DNA of 63,784 nucleotides, counting the filler, from Octopus bimaculoides (Eukaryota), in assembly GCF_001194135.2 (NCBI RefSeq). It is 6 parts of 6 records of this genome, joined end to end, with 100 filler letters (N's around TTAATTAATTAA, not from the genome) between each part and the next. Parts side by side here need not be neighbours in the genome. Positions count along the whole stretch, not along the records: positions 1 to 31,635 come from NC_069002.1; positions 31,736 to 49,476 come from NC_069005.1; 4 more parts are not named here. The stretch is one strand, 5' to 3'. The notes beneath the pieces were generated by a model. That model saw only the letters and a program-made list of their open reading frames with translations, did not search any database and was not told where the DNA came from. Positions 23,640-36,810 of this stretch are shown in pieces. Numbering within the stretch: position 1 is the first letter of the stretch; each line of letters begins with the position of its first letter. The position numbers were made by a program, and so were the translations under genes.

Positions 23640-24030
23640 TGTGTGGCAAGCTAGGGACACAGGTATTTCAAAGTTAAGCGTCCATTGCATTTTGAAGCGC
23701 TTTCATGATGGTGATCCGGATAAAAGGGTGGAGTTTGTGTGTGGCGACTTGGTTAGATATGTAGAAGATGCACAACTTCCGATAACGATTTTTTTTTAGT
23801 TATGAGGCTACATTTGAATTAAATGGCTCTGTCAACAGCCACACTTGCTCTTACTGCGGACATGAGAGTCTTCATTTTACGGAGGGACATCGTATTAATT
23901 TACCGCAAGGTACATTATGGTACTACTTATCATGAAATGGATTGATCTGACCATTCTTTATTGAGGGTACTGTGGCTGGTTTCATTATTGGAATTTACTG
24001 CGACAATCTGACATGGCTAGTATTTCAGAA
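23640..24030 (+). mobile_element. Decayed ITm (maT/rosa-like) transposase fragment
   Basis: HDGDPDKRVEF...FFSYEATFELNGSVNSHTCSY...INLPQGTLWYYLS*NGLI*PFFIEGTV, resembling FSDEAxFxLNGxVNxHN...GLIGPFFxEGTV. Confidence 0.7.
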
Positions 24031-24051
24031 GATTTTGAAGATTATAAATAT

Positions 24052-24103
<52 letters not shown>

Positions 24104-24120
24104 GCATGCGTGCGTATATG

Positions 24121-24392
24121 AAGGTGTATGGCCCTGTGGTTAGAGCGTCGGGCTCACAATTATGACGTTCTGAGTTCGATGATCAGACTGGGCTGTGTGT
24201 TGTTCTTGTGCAAGGCACTATTTCACGTTGCTCCAGTTTACTCAGCTGTACAAACTGGTGCCAAGCTCTATTGGTGGCGAGGAGGCGGGAGGCTATCATG
24301 CATGGGTGACTGCTGCTCTTCTATAAAACAAACTTGTCACGGAGGGGAACCTTCTAGTGCAATCCTACAGTCATTCATGACTGAAGTGGCTC
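24121..24392 (+). mobile_element. SINE family B
   Basis: GGTTAGAGCGTCGGGCTCAC head, GAGTTCGAT B box, TTCTTGTGCAAGGCAC...CTCCAGTTTACTCAGCTG core. Confidence 0.85.
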
Positions 24393-24684
24393 TTTACGCT
24401 ACACACACGCGCCCCCCCCCCCCACGGGAAGAATTCAATAATCACTAAATGTGACTAAGGATGCCGGAGCACCTACATTGCTAGTAAATACTCTTAATGG
24501 TGTAGGAAGACCGCATAGAGTATACACACATGCTGGCTGGAGAAGTAGCCGCCCCACGGCTACTTTGAGGATCACTTACACTATATCTAGTTTAATCTAT
24601 GACTGTAGACATTGTCAGTGAGGACTGTTCGAACGGTGCATGATCGGCTAGTTTCCTCTGACAGCATACATATATTTATCATAA

Positions 24685-25000
24685 AGATGCTGAAAGTAAT
24701 GCCTTACTCTACCCACAGTTCAGACCCTGCACCATCAGATAACCACTTTTTCCAACCCATGGCTCATTTCTTGCGAAAGTTAAACAATGCGGATTAGGTT
24801 GGAAATGGATGAAGGGAGAGTTTAGCCTCTAATCCAGCCATATGGTATAAGTGTGGAATTGAGCTTCTGGTCACAACGATGGCCGCAGACAATAGAATAT
24901 ATGATATATTTTGCTAAAAAAAGCGCTTTTCGTATGTGAAGTGTTTGAACTATTAATTAAGGCTTGGAATACGAAAATCTTTTTATTCAAACTAGCATAA
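24685..25000 (+). mobile_element. Mariner transposase C-terminal remnant
   Basis: VMPYSTHSSDPAPSDNHFFQPMAHFL...WYKCGIELL...RWPQTIE, a decayed HPPYSPDLAPSDYHLF...RW motif. Confidence 0.78.
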
Positions 25001-25260
25001 ACATACATGTGTGTGTGTATGTATGTGCGTTTTTGCGTGCATATTTATATTTTATTTGCATGGATAGATAAATGTTTGAGGATGTGCTGTATGTATGTAT
25101 GTATGTATGTATGTATGTATGTATGTATGTATGTATGTACGTTTGTACGTATGTATGAGTCTATGTATGTAGGTAACCATGTCTCTAAGTGTATATTTGC
25201 TTGTAGCTTCCTTTCAGCGTTCGAGTGTATACCTGTGGTGTGTGTGTGTGTGTGTATGTA

Positions 25261-25303
<43 letters not shown>

Positions 25304-25479
25304 GCTAACTGTGGTTATGTGAATGCTGCTATTTTTGTTTTCTCTGATGGCCGACCAGTCCATGATTATCTGAATGGCACCACCTGGAAAAGAAATTTAA
25401 TGATATTTCACACTAGAGTCACACTTTGAGCACCGTGACAAAGAAGAGTTACTGTCTGCAGATATATACATGAGTGTGG

Positions 25480-26480
25480 TGGTTTATCTGAAATTAGCTG
25501 GAGGTATTTCTCAAGGAACCTTTTAAATGCTATGAGATCTTTTTTTCCTTTATGCGTCTTGGTATAATGTTATAGAGAGCAGAGCCAGTTGAGGTAAAAT
25601 ATTTCTGTGTTAGTGATGTGAGGCGAGCAGGATTTTCGCAGAGGACGTATGGCACAGGATTCAAGCGTTGTGCGAATTTTAAGATGCCAACTGCATTTGG
25701 GCAATTTTTTGAAATATTTTCCACATCAAACAATTCACTCAGCGCTACGGTGGCGATGGAGGGAATAAAGTCTGAGCTTCTCGAGCCGATCTCAATAATC
25801 AAGACCTGCCGTGTCGTCTATTTTATTTTCTCCTGTGATTGATCTCTCTAGTGCTTATGTTTTCAATATATTTTGTTTCGTGTAGGTAGATCACGGTGTA
25901 CAGCAGTATTTAAGACGAGAGGAAAAAGATAATGGTAGTATCCTTTCTAGACCGGAATGTTCTGAGGATCCAAGAGCACTGCCTTCGGACCAGATGAACT
26001 TTGCTATTTATGTGGCCAATCCAGTTGTTGTCGACAATTACTCTGAGATTCCTCGTCATGCTTGATACCATGAGGGGTTCATCTGAGATAAATGTGTATG
26101 GTAGCCTCTTTACCGAAGTGGATTAATTCAAGTTTGTCTTCACTTAGCTGCATATTATGTTTTTCTGGCCATTGGATGATAGTGACAGATCCAATTGGAG
26201 ATTAGTTCGATTTCTTTCTATGTCGACAATTTTCAGAAGCTTAGAATTACACACGAAAAGTCTAACGTTGCTGTATTTGATGATTTCAATGATGTAAATA
26301 ATGTAAAGGAGTGGGCCCAATACAGTCTTTTGTAGGTCTCCATAGATAACTCTTGCTGAGCTTGATGGAATACCATCGATCACCAAATGCTGTGTTCAGT
26401 TCACCAGAAATAATTCAATCCACTTGAATACTTTCATTCAGATTCCAATGTAGGACAGTTTTTTTAAAAAGATGCGTCGC
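25480..26480 (-). mobile_element. Decayed CR1-like LINE (RT and C-terminus)
   Basis: VVIDGIPSSSARVIYGDLQKTVLGPLLYIIYI...VRLFVCNSKL (decayed GVPQGTVLGPLLF...FADDxKL) and C-terminal GSALYNIIPRRI. Confidence 0.75.
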
Positions 26481-27255
26481 TGACGGAAACTCCATCTCTA
26501 GTAATTCCTCTAAACACAATTTTGGGCCATAAAATCATCACTTTCTACCATTATATCTACATACCTCAGCCACTACCACCGCCACCACTAGTTGCTCATA
26601 TATAAATGGTAAATGCTTTTGCAAATAAACTTGAATTTCATTTTAGAACCTCCGAGGAAGCCATAAGGCGATGCGCAAGCTCTCAGCTCTGACTGCACTG
26701 CATCTCATTGCAGAAACAGCCGTAAGCCAATGAAGTGCAATGCATACTAATCTCGTTACATGTTTGTTATAGGTCGACAGGAAGTTGGTGTACATTAGGT
26801 CTTTGGAATATCGGTTAATACTGCTATACCAATCGTATCATTTCATTTTCTCATCTTTCAACTATTTAAACCTTAGAGATGTAATTTCATTGTAATATAT
26901 AAATTGTATAAATACTTGCCAGTGTTAGATAAACAGAGCCACTGCTTCTTACTTATTGTCAATAGCTCTTTGTTGAAATTCAAGTTTTATTCCAATACCT
27001 ACCATTGGTTCTATTTGATGAGAGTTGATGGCAGTTGATTATTGGATGTTATAGAAGAATACAAAACATCAGAGTAATAATAATGCCACTAAGCATTCGA
27101 CGTAGAGAAATAGTTTTGAAATAACAGTCCTTTCTCGTTCAAATAATGTATGTAGTTCTCAATAGACATTCATGCAGAAGAATATGACACCAATACCTTT
27201 TATTTACCACAAAATTCTAAACGAATAACAAGGAGTGGATATGTGTGTATGGGGG

Positions 27256-27301
<46 letters not shown>

Positions 27302-27721
27302 AAGAGAAAGAGAGAGAAAAGAAGAAAGAGAGAGAAAGAGAGAGAGATAAAAAGAGAAAGAAAGAGAGAGTGAGAGAGAGTGAGAGAAAGTGAAAGTTAT
27401 GAATGTATGTATGTACTGTAACATGGTGTACTATAGGGCTAACAATGGTTCTATTGATGGTAAAAGAGATAAATGGAGTCAAATTACGTTAGGTTGCACG
27501 ATTCGATCTATGAATCAATGAATGATTAACTGTATTGACCTTTCACCAAATAATCAGCTTACTATTTACAACAGCTGGGTGAAATGAAGCAATGTTCAAT
27601 AGAATATTGTGCACAGCAACACAAAAGGGGCTTCAGATCCTGGAATTAAAACTACGATTTTCAACGATCTAGTTTATATCATTTCTTGAGTATTGAACTG
27701 ATACAGACAGACAGACACATG

Positions 27722-27935
27722 CTGGTTTCAAATTTTGGTACAAAGCCAGCAATTTCGATGGAGGGGTTAAGTCGATTATATCGACCTCAGGGATCAACTA
27801 GTACTTATTCTATCGACCCCAAAAGGATGAAAGGCAAAATCGACTACGACGGAATTTGAACTCAGAATGTAAAGATGGACAAAAGGGTGCCAATCATGGT
27901 GCTCGGCGTGCTAACGATTCTTTCAGATCACCGGC
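27722..27935 (-). mobile_element. SINE family A
   Basis: Plus strand: AAGGATGAAAGGCAAAATCGAC...GGAATTTGAACTCAGAA...CGGCGTGCTAACGATTC. Confidence 0.85.
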
Positions 27936-27939
27936 TTAT

Positions 27940-28038
<99 letters not shown>

Positions 28039-29619
28039 TGTTAATACCTATTTTCAAGTTCACCTCATTCTGCGAGTTAATTCTTCATTTAACTAGGTCT
28101 TCATCGCGCATAAAAGAGAAAAGAAATATCATGGCAATCTCCAATGTCGTTATTTGAAATAAAATTAATTAATTAATGAACTGTTTTATTCTGGAGTCTG
28201 TTGAATACCCGTTTTAAGAACTTTTGCCCAGTACTACTTATCCACGAATACCCTTTCGCGGATACGATTTCGTTTCGCTGTATGCATTGAAGACGCAAAG
28301 GTTGATTTGTGTTTACAATTGAATATAACAACTTTTGTTTTACCAATTAGCGAGCTGTGAACATAAAACCATGTGATTGCCTGCTTTTGCATCTCTCAAG
28401 AGTATAAACAAAGGAAACCGAATCCGTTAAAGCGGGTCCTGACGAGTGGGAACGGATGAGGTGGTGTTTACTTCATACGTGTAGTGTTTGAGTTTTTTTG
28501 CTACAAGACTGACCTGAAGAATGCCATCATGGCTTCTGTTCTTGGATTGCATTCAGGTTTAGTTGATGTTTCTTGATTGTATGTGGATGATATATGATCA
28601 AGGAAGGTTAGGAGGGATGAAGGCTCGAATCATTAGCATAAGCTTTGATTTTACTGGATGTGCTGTTACTTTATCGATGTATAAAGCAGAGAGAGAGTAG
28701 GAAGAGGACCTTAGACCAGACAAGAGTTTCTAAAGTAGTGGGGTAGATTGAGCTCCGTCAGTTGTTATTGTTATTTTGTCTGAGAAAGGTTGAGTAGACC
28801 TATGATCAAAATCATCCAGCATTTGAGGAAGATATAGCTGCTATTATTTGGAGCCAAAACGACCAACTATATTTCTGTTATGTTGTTCCACATCATTTGT
28901 AAAGGAGCGAATTTATTTATCATAAGCTTTCTAGTACTGACTTCGCAAGTCTTTCTCTTGCATGTAATGAACCCAGGACTACATTATCTAGTGTATCCGT
29001 TTTAAAGCGATGAGGTTTGATTAGAGAGAGACTTGGCTACCATTTCTGGAAATTCAAACAACCGCCATTATTGCGGCTTTGTTTAGCTTCCAGTCAGCAT
29101 TGATTGAAAAGATCTATGATCAAAGACGTTCCATTTGTGACCTCCAGTAATATTCTATATCTAATATTCTAATGTCCAATGTATCCCTCCTCATCTACGA
29201 TGGTACCGTGTGATCTGAGGGAGAATTGGCAGTTATTTCTAGCAAAACTTGCTGGTTGTTACACTTATTGTTTGTGCAAGTTGCTTTATCTGCTGCTGTG
29301 GTTGTTGAAGGCCAATACTGATCCAGCAAACAAACCTATTTGTAACAACTTTCCTACCGTGACCCTTCCATTTTTTCAAGATTATCAATTCTTACATTAT
29401 CCGACATGCCCTCCCAGCAGTGTTATTTACTTGTTATTTCTAGCAAATCGTGTGGCCATATACAAGCACCTTCATTAATTCATGCTGTTTATGTGGCTAC
29501 TTAGCACAATCCAGCTCTGTATGTCGGACAGATTTAAGTTGCCAGGCGTTTCTTCCATGACCATTCCATTTATTTTCCCAAGTATAATGTACCGAGAGCT
29601 GTTGTCTACTGTTACTGCA

Positions 29620-29734
29620 TTGTTGTTGTTGTCGTTGTTGTTTTAAAATCTTTTACACAAGACCCTCTGCTTCTTCTTTTTGTTGTTGTTATTGTTGTAG
29701 TTCTTCTTCTTCTTCTTTGTAGTATTAGTATTAA

Positions 29735-29765
<31 letters not shown>

Positions 29766-29796
29766 TGTAGTAGTAGTAGTAGTAGTAGTAGTAGTT

Positions 29797-29839
<43 letters not shown>

Positions 29840-30430
29840 CCTTTTTTGAAATTGATGCTGCTGCTAATTTGTCATTTAATATTGTTTCTATTGTTGTTGA
29901 TGTTTAATACTAATTTTATGCAACATTAATTAATAGCTAAAATGCATTCGTCATCGCCGCCGCCGCCGCCGAGGACATTGTTTCATTCTATTCGTTAATT
30001 TTGTTGTTGTTTGCTTCGTTTTTCATTCATTGTTGTTGTTGCCACAGTAAGTTTTTAACAAAAGCAAATATTTGAAATATATTTGTATTTTAGTAGTGGT
30101 AGTAGTAGTAGTAGTGGTGGTGGTGGTGGTGGTGGTAGTGGTGGTGGTGGTGGTGGTGGTGGTGAGAAGAAGCTGATGTAGATATTAGGTCTGGTGGCGA
30201 TGCTGGTGCGCTTTAATCGTTGTTGTAATTGTGGTTAATGTTGTTTTGTATTTTTTGTACTGGTCGTGGGTGGTGGTTTTGTGAGAAAGATACAAGTAGT
30301 AGTAGAACGGATGATGATGATGATGATGAAGAAGAAGAAGAAGAAGAAGAAGAAGAAGGAAAAGCTGCTGTTGTTCATGATGGTGGTGGTGATAATGATG
30401 ATGAAACGATGAAATAATGATGATGATGGT
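29620..30430. repeat. Compound triplet microsatellite field (GTT, CTT, GTA, GGT, GAT, GAA)
   Basis: Direct reading. Confidence 0.9.
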
Positions 30431-31514
30431 TTTTCAGTTTTGTCATTTTATCTACGTGTTACTATTATAACAGTCAGCGTCGGCTGCCATAAATAACCTC
30501 TGATAGCAATCTCAACGGTGCCGCAGTTATCAACATTTGTTAAAGCCGCCATACTGCACCTGCGGGCGCTGGGAGGTGTAGGTTATTTTATCTGACGAAT
30601 GGTGGCTCGAAAGGCAGCCACAGCAGAGTTTTTCAGGCATTCGATAGAATCAAATAATGACGCGAGTTCGAATACCATCGGGAGCAAATTTGCACCTCAT
30701 ACACTTCGAGAAACCCAGTGGAGTAACAACGTACGAACTGTAGTCCAGCAAAACACGCTTGATAGCATCTTAAAATGTGTTGGTCATTATATTAGGAGCG
30801 ATGCTGATGATGATCCTGGTGATATCCTCAAAAATTATTCTACTTTCCCACAACAAATTCTAAAGTAGTAAATCTTGTGTATTGAATGACTGCTGTTTTT
30901 GTTGTTGTCCTTGTTTATGATAAATAAATATATTTTAGTTTTAGTTACTTTTGAAGTAAGAGCAGTAGCAGCAGCAATAGCAGCGGAAGTAGTAGTAGCA
31001 GCTGCAATAGCAGCGGAAGCAGTAGCAGCGGAAGTAGTAGCAGCAGCAGCAGTAGCTTGGTGGTGGCTAATATATATGCTCCCGAACAGAAATCCACGAG
31101 ACCAGTAATCGATGTCTAACTGTTGATTATTAAGAAACACATACCAACGCTTAATTGGTTATTAAGGGTCCATCGTCGGTGATGATGATGATTGAAACTG
31201 TAGTTTCCAAAGATGATCGAATATAGAGTGTAGCCACACAGTTATGGCTGTTGGTTAGCACCAGACATTGAGGCTGGGAATCTCGTCGGAGAACGAGTCT
31301 CATTCTGAGATACAGGTCTCCTCTCATGGAACAAGTGTGAAGTGTCAATTCTTTTAGCATCTGTTGATAAGATTGAAGAACTGTAAAGCGAATGGATTAT
31401 AATTTCTCAAAATGTTGACATCTGGTCGAATGATTAAGATACTCTGGTAACCTCAGTAAACGAGACGATGTTATACCAGATATTCCTATAGTTCCATGTC
31501 TGATGCTAAATAAC

Positions 31515-31559
31515 TACAACGACGACCCCACCACCACCACCACCACCACCACTACCACC

Positions 31560-31591
<32 letters not shown>

Positions 31592-31593
31592 CA

Positions 31594-31633
<40 letters not shown>

Positions 31634-31635
31634 TT
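31515..31635. repeat. (ACC)n-(AAC)n-(TAC)n compound microsatellite
   Basis: Direct reading. Confidence 0.95.
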
Positions 31636-31735
31636 NNNNNNNNNNNNNNNNNNNNNNNNNNNNNNNNNNNNNNNNNNNNTTAATTAATTAANNNNNNNNN
31701 NNNNNNNNNNNNNNNNNNNNNNNNNNNNNNNNNNN

Positions 31736-31786
<51 letters not shown>

Positions 31787-33235
31787 GAATATTTGCAGGT
31801 TGTAATTGCAGTGGTGTGTTCAATGATTTCCGTGTGTGAATATCGGCGACAAAACCAAAAGTATTTCACAGAAGTTAAGTCCATGCCACGCAGACTGGAA
31901 CGTTACTTGCTCTATAACAAAAGTTAGGAGATTATATATATGTATCGTTACCTGAATATTAATTAAGTTACTGCCGCACTATAGTTCTATCTTCTAGCAT
32001 TCATGTACAAACTCTTCACCATGCACACTGGTTGCAAATAAATCCTCACGCATCGCCAAGTTTTGTTAATTCTATTATCCAGTTCTGTAAACTGACAATT
32101 CCCATTGGATGTGGCATAGATTGTTTCATTGAAGCGTGAGACACAACTTTGATGAGTTGTTTAAGTGATTTTTGAAGAGGACGTGCAAATAGTGTAAACA
32201 CTATAACCATACTTCAGTTAGCGATGAGAGCTCTTATGTAGTTAAGAATATATTTATGAGATTTTATGTACATATGATAAACGATGGATAGAAGGGCTTT
32301 TCCATGCATGGAGACTTGGTTGGGATGCTTGTCGCCAATCATTAATCGATAGGTAATTCTTTCATCATTCAACTGGTTTCTCTTACTGGACTGTGGCCAT
32401 GCACCGTATTCAAGGAGCTTCTTTTATTAAGCGAATGCATAGTCCCCACCACTACCCCACCTTTTTATTATTATAACCTATTTATTTTATCGGCTCTCTT
32501 TACCGATACAACATACGTACGTATGTCTATGCAGCAATGTTTATTTATATATAAGCATACCCATATATGTATATGTATGCGATACATATATATATATACA
32601 TATATNNNNNNNNNNNNNNNNNNNNNNNNNNNNNNNNNNNNNNNNNNNNNNNNNNNNNNNNNNNNNNNNNNNNNNNNNNNNNNNNNNNNNNNNNNNNNNN
32701 NNNNNNNNNNNNNNNNNNNNNNNNNNNNNNNNNNNNNNNNNNNNNNNNNNNNNNNNNNNNNNNNNNNNNNNNNNNNNNNNNNNNNNNNNNNNNNNNNNNN
32801 NNNNNNNNNNNNNNNNNNNNNNNNNNNNNNNNNNNNNNNNNNNNNNNNNNNNNNNNNNNNNNNNNNNNNNNNNNNNNNNNNNNNNNNNNNNNNNNNNNNN
32901 NNNNNNNNNNNNNNNNNNNNNNNNNNNNNNNNNNNNNNNNNNNNNNNNNNNNNNNNNNNNNNNNNNNNNNNNNNNNNNNNNNNNNNNNNNNNNNNNNNNN
33001 NNNNNNNNNNNNNNNNNNNNNNNNNNNNNNNNNNNNNNNNNNNNNNNNNNNNNNNNNNNNNNNNNNNNNNNNNNNNNNNNNNNNNNNNNNNNNNNNNNNN
33101 NNNNNNNNNNNNNNNNNNNNNNNNNNNNNNNNNNNNNNNNNNNNNNNNNNNNNNNNNNNNNNNNNNNNNNNNNNNNNNNNNNNNNNNNNNNNNNNNNNNN
33201 NNNNNNNNNNNNNNNNNNNNNNNNNNNNNNNNNNN

Positions 33236-33490
33236 GTGTGGAGGCGCAATGACCCAGTGGTTAGGGCAGGGGACTGGCGGTCATAGGATCGCGCTTTCAA
33301 TTCCCAGACCGGGCATTGTGAGTGTTTATTGACCGAAAACACCTAAAAGCTCCACGACGCTCCAGCAGGGGATGGTGGCGAACCCTGCTGTACTCTTCCA
33401 CCATAATTTTCTCTCACTCTTACTTCCTGTTTCTGTTGTGCCTGTAATTCAAAGGGTCAGCCTTGTCACACTGTGTCCGGCTGAATATCC
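33236..33490 (+). mobile_element. SINE family B variant
   Basis: GACCCAGTGGTTAGGG head, TTCAATTCCCAGACCGGGC, tail CTTGTCACACTGTGTCCGGCTGAATATCCC. Confidence 0.75.
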
Positions 33491-33494
33491 CGAA

Positions 33495-33670
33495 GAACGC
33501 TTAGCTGCATTTCGCCCGTCTTTACGTTCTGAGTTTAAATTCCGCAAAGTTTGACCTTGCCTTTCATCTTGTCGATGTCGATAAAATAAGTACCAGTTGA
33601 ACACTGGGGTCGATGTAATCCACTTAACTGTTTTCCCGAAATCACTAGACTTGTGCCAAATTTTGAAACC
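33495..33670 (+). mobile_element. SINE family A, 5'-truncated
   Basis: GCATTTCGCCCGTCTTTACGTTCTGAG...ATAAAATAAGTACCAGTTG. Confidence 0.82.
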
Positions 33671-33720
33671 GAAACTTTCCTTTCGTGTCCATTCTGAGTC
33701 CAATTTTCGCCACGGATATA

Positions 33721-34583
33721 AAGCGGTTAGACAAAATAATAGAAACACCTTAAGATTTTAAACAAAATTATTTTAATATGGAATCGGACCGCCTTTGGCA
33801 GTAATTACAGCTTGAATTCTACGGGGTATGGACTCGTACAGAATTTGAATTGTTTCCAAAGGGGTTCTTCTCCATTCTTCAACTAAAATAGTCTCCAGTC
33901 CTTGTAGTGATGATGGAGGAGGTTATCGACTCCTTCCATTTTTTTCTAAAATGCACCATAAATGTTCAATAATACTGAGATCTGGCGACTGTGGTGGTCA
34001 GATAAGATGTTCAACTTCGCTAGAATGTTCCTCGTGCCATTCAGTAACAAATTTATCTGTGTGAATTGGTGCATAATCATCCTGAAAGATTCCTTTTTAC
34101 TCGGGAAACAGTTCCGTAAATATAAGATGAATTTCATTTGATAAAATGCTTACATAGTCTTGACTATTAATTCTTCCATGAAGGGAAACCATTGGCCCGG
34201 CGGATTTCCAAGATATAGCCCTCCCAGATCGTCACAGATCCTCCTCCATTCTTAGCAGTTGGAAGATGGCAGTCTGGGTCAAATGCTTCTTTTAGCTGTC
34301 TCCACACATATACTCGGCCGGTGGTCGGAAATAAGGTAATGATGACTCGTTCGAGAAAATTCTTCCACTGCTCTAGTGATCAATTCTGTAGGTTGTTACT
34401 CCACTCTAAACGCTTTGCAACACTTGTTTTTAAAAGTAGTGGTTTCATGATTGCAGCCCTCCCGTAAAATCCGGCTTTGTGCAGCTCCCGGTTAACAGTT
34501 TTTGTGGAAACGGGGTTCTCGAGGTGAACATTAAGCTCTGCTATAATTTTAGGATGTGTACCTTTGTGATCCTTTAGGAAAGG
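33721..34583 (-). mobile_element. Tc1-like transposon remnant
   Basis: IIAELNVHLENPVSTKTVNRELHKAGFYGRAAIMKPLL...AKRLEW...RVYVWRQ...GGGSVTIW...AVITAKGGPIPY*. TIR-like GGTTAGACAAAATAATAGAAACACC. Confidence 0.88.
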
Positions 34584-34738
34584 CACATATTTTATCGATC
34601 TCCAATAGTACATCCTTTATCGACTCCTGAAAAGTGCATACTTTCTCGACCCACGATAGTTATATATGTTATCGACCTCCGATAGGTATATATGCTATCG
34701 ACTCCCGGTAGGTATATATGTTGTCGTCCCCCGAAAGG
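34584..34738. repeat. Six-unit 25-26-bp minisatellite derived from a SINE A core segment
   Basis: Units start at 34584, 34609, 34635, 34661, 34687 and 34713 (e.g. TATATATGTTATCGACCTCCGATAGG). They run into SINE A sequence CCGAAAGGGATGAACGGCAAG. Confidence 0.8.
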
Positions 34739-34850
34739 GATGAACGGCAAGTCAATCTCGGCGGAATTTGAACTCAGAATATAAAGACGGCCGAAATGCT
34801 GCTAAGCATTTTGCCCGGCGTGCCACCGATTCTGCCATCTCCCCGCCGCC
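34713..34850 (-). mobile_element. SINE family A 5' part
   Basis: CTCGGCGGAATTTGAACTCAGAA...GCTAAGCATTTTGCCCGGCGTGC. Confidence 0.85.
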
Positions 34851-35144
34851 ATCTTAGTATATCAACATAATATACAATTAACAATGGTTTCTAATTCACG
34901 TACAACGAACGGCTGTTTCAAGTGGAGGCGGTTAGTCGATTGCATCAACTCGTGTGTTCCACTGATACATTAGTCTGTCGTAACTTAAGAGATGAAAATC
35001 AAAGCTGAACACAGCGAGATTAGTTTACAAAACATAAAAGCCGGTATAAATAATGCAAATCATTTTTGTGCTTCACTCAAACAAGTGCTTTTTTCTTAGT
35101 ATATAAACAATCATCCCGTCTACTTTTGGTACCAGGCAAGGCAA

Positions 35145-35335
35145 TGTGAAGGGTGAAACGTTACCGATCCGGAAGAAATGCTTAGCAGCTTTTCTTCGTA
35201 TTTACATTTCGTGTTCAAATGTCACCGAGGTCAACTTTACCTTTCATTCTTTCGGAGTCGCTAAAATTAAATATGCACCAGTTGAGCACAATGATCGATA
35301 TAATCAACTAGCCTCTCCCCACAAAACAAATTCAG
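35145..35335 (+). mobile_element. SINE family A, decayed
   Basis: GAAATGCTTAGC...GTTCAAATGTCACCGAGGTCAACTTT...CCAGTTGAGCAC. Confidence 0.7.
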
Positions 35336-35869
35336 TTAAATTTTAGTTCGGCAATTTGTTTCTAATATAAACTTCCTTTTGAAGATATTGTTATTAACTA
35401 TTCAACACTGCTTTCGGCAAAGCCAAAAATATAAAAAACTTTCGTGCTGACGAATAGCAAACAGATGATAGGCTTCTCGTCTTGGTATGAAGTAATTATA
35501 GTTTAGAATCATCAGTATACATCGGTATTGCTGCTGCTGCTGCTGCTGCTGTTATTATTGTCTTTCTTGTTTTGCAACAACTGTCGTTTGGCTCAAGGTC
35601 TATCCCGGAATAGACTATGATGAAAATAATCCCATGTCTAGTGACAGTCTAAAATGTCAAGGTGCGATTACAAAGATTTGGCTAATATTTCTAACTAGCA
35701 ATTTGAGCCACTGAAAGTTCCTTCGTTAGCTAGTGCTCGGTCTGGGTGGTGGTCTCATTGCTGCTTTGGGTACCTTACCGTTATAGCCTCCCTTGGTGTG
35801 TTGTATATAACCTGTTCCTAAACTTATAGATAAGTTTCGGTTCATAATATTCATAAACGTTTTAAACTT

Positions 35870-36034
35870 ATACGCGTAGGAGTGGCTCTGTGGTAATTAG
35901 CTTGCTTACGAACCACATGGTTCTGGGTTCAGTCCCATTGCGTGGCACCTTGGGCAAGTGTCTTCTACTATAGGCTCGGGCCGACCAAGGCCATGTGAGT
36001 GGATTTGGTAGACGGAAACTGAAAGGAGCCCATC

Positions 36035-36035
<1 letters not shown>
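35870..36035 (+). mobile_element. SINE family C 5' half, running into (TA)n and a gap
   Basis: CGCGTAGGAGTGGCTCTGTGGTAA...GGGTTCAGTCCCATTGCGTGGCACCTTGGGCAAG...GACGGAAACTGAAAGG. Confidence 0.9.
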
Positions 36036-36072
<37 letters not shown>

Positions 36073-36671
36073 NNNNNNNNNNNNNNNNNNNNNNNNNNNN
36101 NNNNNNNNNNNNNNNNNNNNNNNNNNNNNNNNNNNNNNNNNNNNNNNNNNNNNNNNNNNNNNNNNNNNNNNNNNNNNNNNNNNNNNNNNNNNNNNNNNNN
36201 NNNNNNNNNNNNNNNNNNNNNNNNNNNNNNNNNNNNNNNNNNNNNNNNNNNNNNNNNNNNNNNNNNNNNNNNNNNNNNNNNNNNNNNNNNNNNNNNNNNN
36301 NNNNNNNNNNNNNNNNNNNNNNNNNNNNNNNNNNNNNNNNNNNNNNNNNNNNNNNNNNNNNNNNNNNNNNNNNNNNNNNNNNNNNNNNNNNNNNNNNNNN
36401 NNNNNNNNNNNNNNNNNNNNNNNNNNNNNNNNNNNNNNNNNNNNNNNNNNNNNNNNNNNNNNNNNNNNNNNNNNNNNNNNNNNNNNNNNNNNNNNNNNNN
36501 NNNNNNNNNNNNNNNNNNNNNNNNNNNNNNNNNNNNNNNNNNNNNNNNNNNNNNNNNNNNNNNNNNNNNNNNNNNNNNNNNNNNNNNNNNNNNNNNNNNN
36601 NNNNNNNNNNNNNNNNNNNNNNNNNNNNNNNNNNNNNNNNNNNNNNNNNNNNNNNNNATATATATATATAG

Positions 36672-36810
<139 letters not shown>

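Noticed and set aside
30544-30607. HDV-like ribozyme (CGAAT followed by a strand pairing with upstream AGCCGCCA)
   Set aside because: A P2-like pairing exists, but P3/L3 lacks the U-G pair, there is no 7-bp P1, and extra bases separate P2 from P3.
31900-32220. Possible further transposase remnant
   Set aside because: Only vague resemblance; no diagnostic motif could be read.
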